Shown one piece after another: positions 22,961 to 27,362 of a stretch of 27,362 nt of DNA (positions within the stretch are counted from its first letter, which is position 1; each line of letters opens with the position of its first letter). The notes under the pieces are model-generated. The model did no database searches. It was not told the DNA's origin and was given only the letters and a program-made list of their open reading frames with translations. Where the stretch lies: the IMG/VR virus record IMGVR_UViG_3300005764_000068, positions 1-27,362 of that record, one strand, 5' to 3'. Source of the stretch: a virus (taxonomy: Duplodnaviria > Caudoviricetes). The position numbers were made by a program, and so were the translations under genes.

Positions 22961-23533
22961 ATGGCCGACGGCGATAACTTTACCAACCTGCCAATCATAT
23001 CGTCGTCGGAGCCGTACTTCCGGCAACTCGCGACGATCTGGCCGGACCTCTACAACCGACGCGTCATCGTCGGTCCGGCCGGCAATGGCGTCGATCGGCG
23101 CAGCGGCAAGGTGCTGATGGGTTGGCGCCATGTCGAGCAGTCGATGCAGGTGATCTTCGCGACGCGATTTCACTCGCGGGTTCTGCGACGATGGGTCGGT
23201 AGTTTCGTGCCGCACATGCTCGGCGAGAGCATCGTCCCGCGCGTGATCACTCGCTTCTTCTGGGCGATTGCGACGTCGATCGATCTGTGGGAGCCGCGCT
23301 ATCGCATCAAGCAGGTCTACTTCATGGGCGACGCGTTGAGCCAGTGGGCTCCGCGCTCATCGCTTGCGGCGGCTGATCTGCTGCGGCTCGGGCAGGCGAT
23401 CTTCCGCCAGGAGGGCGTCTACTTCCCGCGCGGGCATCTCGGTGACTTCCAGCCCTACGAGCGGCGCCACTTCGGCATTGTCGGTCACGGCGCTGATCTC
23501 TGGGATGTCACGCCGATCGGCATGGGTTCGTGA
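22961..23533 (+). CDS. Baseplate wedge protein (P2 gpW/T4 gp25-like)
   Basis: GVDRRSGK.L.GW.HV.QS..I..T...SRV.RR..GS..P...WEPR. Confidence 0.88.
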   Translation: MADGDNFTNLPIISSSEPYFRQLATIWPDLYNRRVIVGPAGNGVDRRSGKVLMGWRHVEQSMQVIFATRFHSRVLRRWVGSFVPHMLGESIVPRVITRFFWAIATSIDLWEPRYRIKQVYFMGDALSQWAPRSSLAAADLLRLGQAIFRQEGVYFPRGHLGDFQPYERRHFGIVGHGADLWDVTPIGMGS

Positions 23534-23724
23534 CTACCCGCACGGTGATCAGGGCTCCGCTCTGCGAGCATTGTGATCGCAAGCGCAAGATGCGCATGCG
23601 GCACATCGAGAAACGCATCCGCGACCAACTGACGTTCTGCTGGCGCTGTGATGGCTGCGAGACGATGACCTACGTGATCGTCGAGCTAACGGACAAGAGG
23701 GCCTTGAGAGCACGCAATGGCTGA
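23530..23724 (+). CDS. Small zinc-ribbon protein (CEHC...CDGC)
   Basis: GTGA coupling; two CxxC pairs; fills the W-J gap. Confidence 0.55.
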   Translation: MTTRTVIRAPLCEHCDRKRKMRMRHIEKRIRDQLTFCWRCDGCETMTYVIVELTDKRALRARNG

Positions 23725-24757
23725 TCCGATCGCATTGCTGAACCTGGTTACGACGACGCCGACACGATTCACGGTCATTCGGCCGGAATTGCTGCCGGAC
23801 ATGCAGGTCCTGCAGTCGATCTCGACGGAGGACATGATCTCGAACCGCATGGCGCGGTTCAAGGCGCTGTGGTCGAGCTACGACCCACCGATGGCGGCCG
23901 AATACGACGTCGGTCCGCTTGAGTTCGATCCGATCCGCATCAACCAGGAATGCAATTCCTTCTTCGAGGCATTGGTGCGGGATCGCGTCAACCAGGCGTG
24001 CCGGGCGATCACGCTGGTGTTCGCGGTCGGCGGCGATCTCGACGCGATCGGCTCGCGTTATCCGTATGGTGTGCCGCGCATCACCATCGCGACTGGCGGC
24101 GCTTTCGACGAGACCGATGCTGCCTATCGCACCAGGCTGTGGCTGTCGCCCTCGATCCTGAGCCTCAACGGGCCAGGCCAGGGCACGTACGAGAGCTACA
24201 TATTCTGGGCGCTATCGGCACCGATGCCGGCCGGCGAGCTTCCGATCCGTCATGCGGCAGCGTTCACAAAGCGTGCCACCGGGCACGTCTTCATCGCCAT
24301 CATGGCGGACAACTACCAGCCGCGGATCATTCAGGACTTTCAGACTGGCGATTGGATCATGACCGATTCCGGTACGCCGACGCCGACCGACCTGCAGATC
24401 AAGACGGTGTTCGACTTCATCAACGACAAGAAGTTCGCTCGCAGAGGGCTGACCGATTGGATCAGTGTGCTGCGACCGAAAATTACTCACACGAATATCC
24501 GGGCGAACATCAAATCGTTCCCGGGTGTCGCCAGCGAAGCACTGATGACCGACGTGCGGGATCGCGTGCTGGCGCTGGTGGATGCGATCCGCTGGCTGGG
24601 TGCTGATTTGACGATGATGAGCCTTGAGGCATCGATCGCGGCGAGCGGCGCTTACAACGTCGAGATCGTCGAGCCCAAGGCTGATGTGATCGTGGCGCAG
24701 GATGGTCTCGTCAAGATCGATGAGGTGCGCCTCGCTTACGCTGGCGTAGGTGAGTAA
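23717..24757 (+). CDS. Baseplate J-like protein
   Basis: RVNQAC....FA.GGDLDAIG...ETDAAYRTR...G....Y.FWALSA...R.LTD. Confidence 0.88.
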   Translation: MADPIALLNLVTTTPTRFTVIRPELLPDMQVLQSISTEDMISNRMARFKALWSSYDPPMAAEYDVGPLEFDPIRINQECNSFFEALVRDRVNQACRAITLVFAVGGDLDAIGSRYPYGVPRITIATGGAFDETDAAYRTRLWLSPSILSLNGPGQGTYESYIFWALSAPMPAGELPIRHAAAFTKRATGHVFIAIMADNYQPRIIQDFQTGDWIMTDSGTPTPTDLQIKTVFDFINDKKFARRGLTDWISVLRPKITHTNIRANIKSFPGVASEALMTDVRDRVLALVDAIRWLGADLTMMSLEASIAASGAYNVEIVEPKADVIVAQDGLVKIDEVRLAYAGVGE

Positions 24758-26890
24758 GTGGCGATCCAGCAACTCACTGCGTCGCTGGCTGGTGCAGGCG
24801 CGCTGCCAGGTCGCGTCGTTACTGCCCGGAGCCAGATCAAGACTGTCCTGGTTGGTCTCGGCGGCTGGAGCGCTCGGTTCGGATACAGGGATACGATCTA
24901 CGGTCCCGTCGCGATGTCAGCGATGGGCTTGCTCAGCGCCAGCTTTGTCCGTGTCTATCAGGTCCAGTCGTTCATGCAGGCGTTCGGCAGCCTCGTTCCG
25001 CCGATCGTCTACAAGGGTAATGAGCGACTGATCGCCGCCGCGCTGGCGGGCACCGCTGCGTTGCGGCTCGGCACGCTGTACAAGTCCAACGAGCAGCCCA
25101 TCGCAGCGGCCTTCGCGGGCGCTGGTGCGTTGTCCGGTCGCTTCACGTTCCGCGACTTGCTCACGCCGCCGCCGTTCCGCGGCTGGGATGAGGCGGTCTT
25201 CCGCATCGCGGACAAGAATATCCAGGTCGCCGCCAACTTCGCGGGCTCCGGCGTCATCCAGCCGTACTCGAACGTGCGGCAGCGTATGAACCTGCATCCG
25301 TCGTTCGCGGCGGTTGGCAGCCTCGCTGCGCGCTTTGCCAGCACCTACCCGATTGCGGCGGCGTTGTCGGCATCGGCGTCGTTCAACTACTACAGCATCT
25401 ACATCCTGCATCCGCCGGTGCCAGGTGCATTCGCTGATTGTGCTCTCGCCGGCACGGGCACGCTCAAGCTCGACATCGAGTTGGTCAACAGTGATTTCAT
25501 CTGGCCGAACATCGATGAGCTTGCCGGCAGCAAAGTGCTGTTCGCACAAGCGACTGGCATGGAGAAGGCACTGGCCGATGTCGACGCGTACAGGCTCACC
25601 CGCATGTACGCCGAGATCATCATCGATCAGTGGGACCCTTATCGGATCAGTGCCCGCAATCTTCCTTACCTCGCGTGGGCTACCGGTGTGAACCTGTGGG
25701 AAACCTGGTGGACTGAGGAGTTCAAGCGCTACTGGGTTGCAATCCAGTGGACGGCAAAGTACGAGCGCGGAAGTCGCAAGGGCCTCGACCGTTTCATCAG
25801 CGCGGTCGGCGGCCACATGAAGCGCTGCATCACGCCACCAGCCAAGACATTCCCGACGCATTCGCTGACACCGGATGAGCGCATCGCCTACCTGATGCGT
25901 TTCCCACAGCTACGGCTGTATCCGTACTTCGCGCGCGGGCAGCGGCCGTATGACTGCTTTCCGGGCGGTCATTCGTTCAGCCTGAAGGTGCCGCCTGGAC
26001 ATCTCATCCGCGCGCGCAACGGCGGCTACGTCGGCTCCGCGCTGCGCAAGATGTATCCGACGGCGCAGACTGCCGGCGGTCGCTATCAGCATATCGCTAC
26101 GATCTGGGATCGAGGAGTTGAGACCCAACTGACTGTCCGCAAGATCGAGCATGTGCTGATGGGGCCGTCGGCCGGCTGGGGCTTCTCGCCTGGTGTGTCG
26201 CAGTACGACGAGGAGGTTGTGCTGCCGATGACCGAGCGGGTGTTCTTCTACGTCGGTGAGGCGAAGTTTCTCAGTGCCAGGGGCAGGCAAGGCATCTTCA
26301 CCGGCAAGAAGGCGGCACTTCGCACCATCACGATTTCGCGCTCCGGACCGCTGCCGCTGATCCAAGGGCAGATCACCTATCAGACGATCGCGCCTAGTGA
26401 GCAGTTGATGGAGAAGTATCCGCAACTGGTGACGCAGCGGCATCCGTCGCGGCGTTACCGCATGTATCCTGCGCGACGGCGCAAGCAGTTCATCCACGAT
26501 CGCTATCCACTGCAATCGGAGGCCTGGCGCTACATCTATGAGCGCTGGTTTCTGTTCGACCCGGATCGGCTGCCGGATCATCTCAAGGGTGGCCAAGCAT
26601 ATCTCGGTCACACGCGGCTCGGCATCGACAACTATACGGCAGAGGCGATGGTCGCGATCCGCACGCCGTATGCGAAGTTCTTCGTCCGCTGTGGCGGTTA
26701 CTGCGGCCGCTTCCGCTTCCTGCACAAGTTCAACCCAGAGGCGGTCTACCGATTGCGCCGCGGCGTTACCGCGTCGATGGCGCTACGTGACACAGTGCTG
26801 CTCAACACCAAGACGCAGCGTCCGCTGCAGGTCCGCGATGTCTTGCATCCCGATGGGACCTTCACGGTTGGGCAACTCGCCTCGAACTGA
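24758..26890 (+). CDS. Tail protein I (P2 gpI-like) with N-terminal repeats and a long C-terminal region
   Basis: EKALA...WDPY......LPYLAWA.GV.LW...W....KR...GS..G from ~25540; follows gpJ. Confidence 0.8.
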   Translation: MAIQQLTASLAGAGALPGRVVTARSQIKTVLVGLGGWSARFGYRDTIYGPVAMSAMGLLSASFVRVYQVQSFMQAFGSLVPPIVYKGNERLIAAALAGTAALRLGTLYKSNEQPIAAAFAGAGALSGRFTFRDLLTPPPFRGWDEAVFRIADKNIQVAANFAGSGVIQPYSNVRQRMNLHPSFAAVGSLAARFASTYPIAAALSASASFNYYSIYILHPPVPGAFADCALAGTGTLKLDIELVNSDFIWPNIDELAGSKVLFAQATGMEKALADVDAYRLTRMYAEIIIDQWDPYRISARNLPYLAWATGVNLWETWWTEEFKRYWVAIQWTAKYERGSRKGLDRFISAVGGHMKRCITPPAKTFPTHSLTPDERIAYLMRFPQLRLYPYFARGQRPYDCFPGGHSFSLKVPPGHLIRARNGGYVGSALRKMYPTAQTAGGRYQHIATIWDRGVETQLTVRKIEHVLMGPSAGWGFSPGVSQYDEEVVLPMTERVFFYVGEAKFLSARGRQGIFTGKKAALRTITISRSGPLPLIQGQITYQTIAPSEQLMEKYPQLVTQRHPSRRYRMYPARRRKQFIHDRYPLQSEAWRYIYERWFLFDPDRLPDHLKGGQAYLGHTRLGIDNYTAEAMVAIRTPYAKFFVRCGGYCGRFRFLHKFNPEAVYRLRRGVTASMALRDTVLLNTKTQRPLQVRDVLHPDGTFTVGQLASN

Positions 26891-26905
26891 TGGGAGACTT
26901 CTAAA

Positions 26906-27362
26906 GTGGAAAACAAAGTGATCTATCGTGACAATCAAGAACTGCCCGCGGCCGATCTGAACAACGCGGAGGGATGGACGCAGGATGCGATCGATCACGT
27001 CATCTTGGATACGATCGTCAACGTCAACAAGTACAGCGGCTTCGCGATCTCCAAGTCTTCGGCGACGCTGATCCAGACGCAGCCGGGGCGGCTCTACACC
27101 ACGAGTGGTGCGGTCTACGCGCGCGAAGAGGTCGTGAGCCTCGACATCTTCAACGATCGTCCGGTGACGGCAAAGCGCTACTTCGCCATCGTCGCCTGGG
27201 GACAGACCGTCCAGCAAGATATTCAGCCGCGTGACTTTCTCATCGACGCCGACACCGGCCAAGCCGAGCCGCAATCGGTGGCGATGGAGGAGACGCGCTA
27301 CTGCAACGTCAATCTCGTGCGCGGTATCGAATCGGCCGATCCGCAGTTTCCGCCGATCGATG
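26906..27362 (+). CDS. Tail fibre/baseplate protein, N-terminal part (runs off the window)
   Basis: GGGAG SD, GTG 26906; MENKVIYRDNQELPAADLNN...QPRDFLIDADTG, open to the window end; gpH position after gpI. Confidence 0.75.
   Translation, partial: MENKVIYRDNQELPAADLNNAEGWTQDAIDHVILDTIVNVNKYSGFAISKSSATLIQTQPGRLYTTSGAVYAREEVVSLDIFNDRPVTAKRYFAIVAWGQTVQQDIQPRDFLIDADTGQAEPQSVAMEETRYCNVNLVRGIESADPQFPPID

Larger units (their letters stand above)
1..27362 (+). mobile_element. Tailed phage/prophage structural module (contractile-tail type: DUF1073-MuF-DUF2213-DUF2184 head, P2-like V/W/J/I baseplate)
   Basis: Canonical order portal, MuF, protease/scaffold, decoration, capsid, head-tail, baseplate; dense ATGA/GTGA/TGATG overlaps; no host housekeeping genes seen. 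Confidence 0.97.

Noticed and set aside
24325-24357. IIQDFQTGDW in gpJ (and LIDADTGQ in the last ORF) resembling the tag
   Set aside because: They lack FIxDP and GGS; most likely generic D-x-x-TG beta-hairpins.
1-27362. tRNA, rRNA, integrase/att sites, IS elements
   Set aside because: None recognised by eye; the window cannot distinguish prophage from free phage.

Overview
GC-rich tailed-phage (or prophage) virion-morphogenesis region, almost all on the + strand with translationally coupled genes. Order: ~5 kb of small accessory genes including an HNH endonuclease; DUF1073-type portal; wHTH, FkbM methyltransferase, DUF4177-like and dual-specificity phosphatase genes; a 1157-aa MuF minor head protein; an inverted, self-regulated early-type operon; DUF2213 prohead protease/scaffold; decoration protein; DUF2184 major capsid; head-tail genes; a frameshifted second HNH; and a P2-like contractile-tail baseplate module (V, W/gp25, J, I, fibre start). 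A Rhizobiales-like host is suggested by the promoter shape and one gene family. The most striking signal is a peptide tag, xxD[AT]-x(2-5)-[ED]FI[RQ]DPx(1-2)G[RQ][FW][GA]GS[HR], found once in the portal and three times in MuF, each time directly in front of an unrelated enzyme-like domain (cysteine-dioxygenase-like cupin; SAM-lyase-like plus an unnamed domain; ADP-ribosyltransferase; ParB/Srx). This suggests head polyproteins cut into tagged, capsid-loaded effectors. All family calls are from motif recognition by eye; no searches were run.
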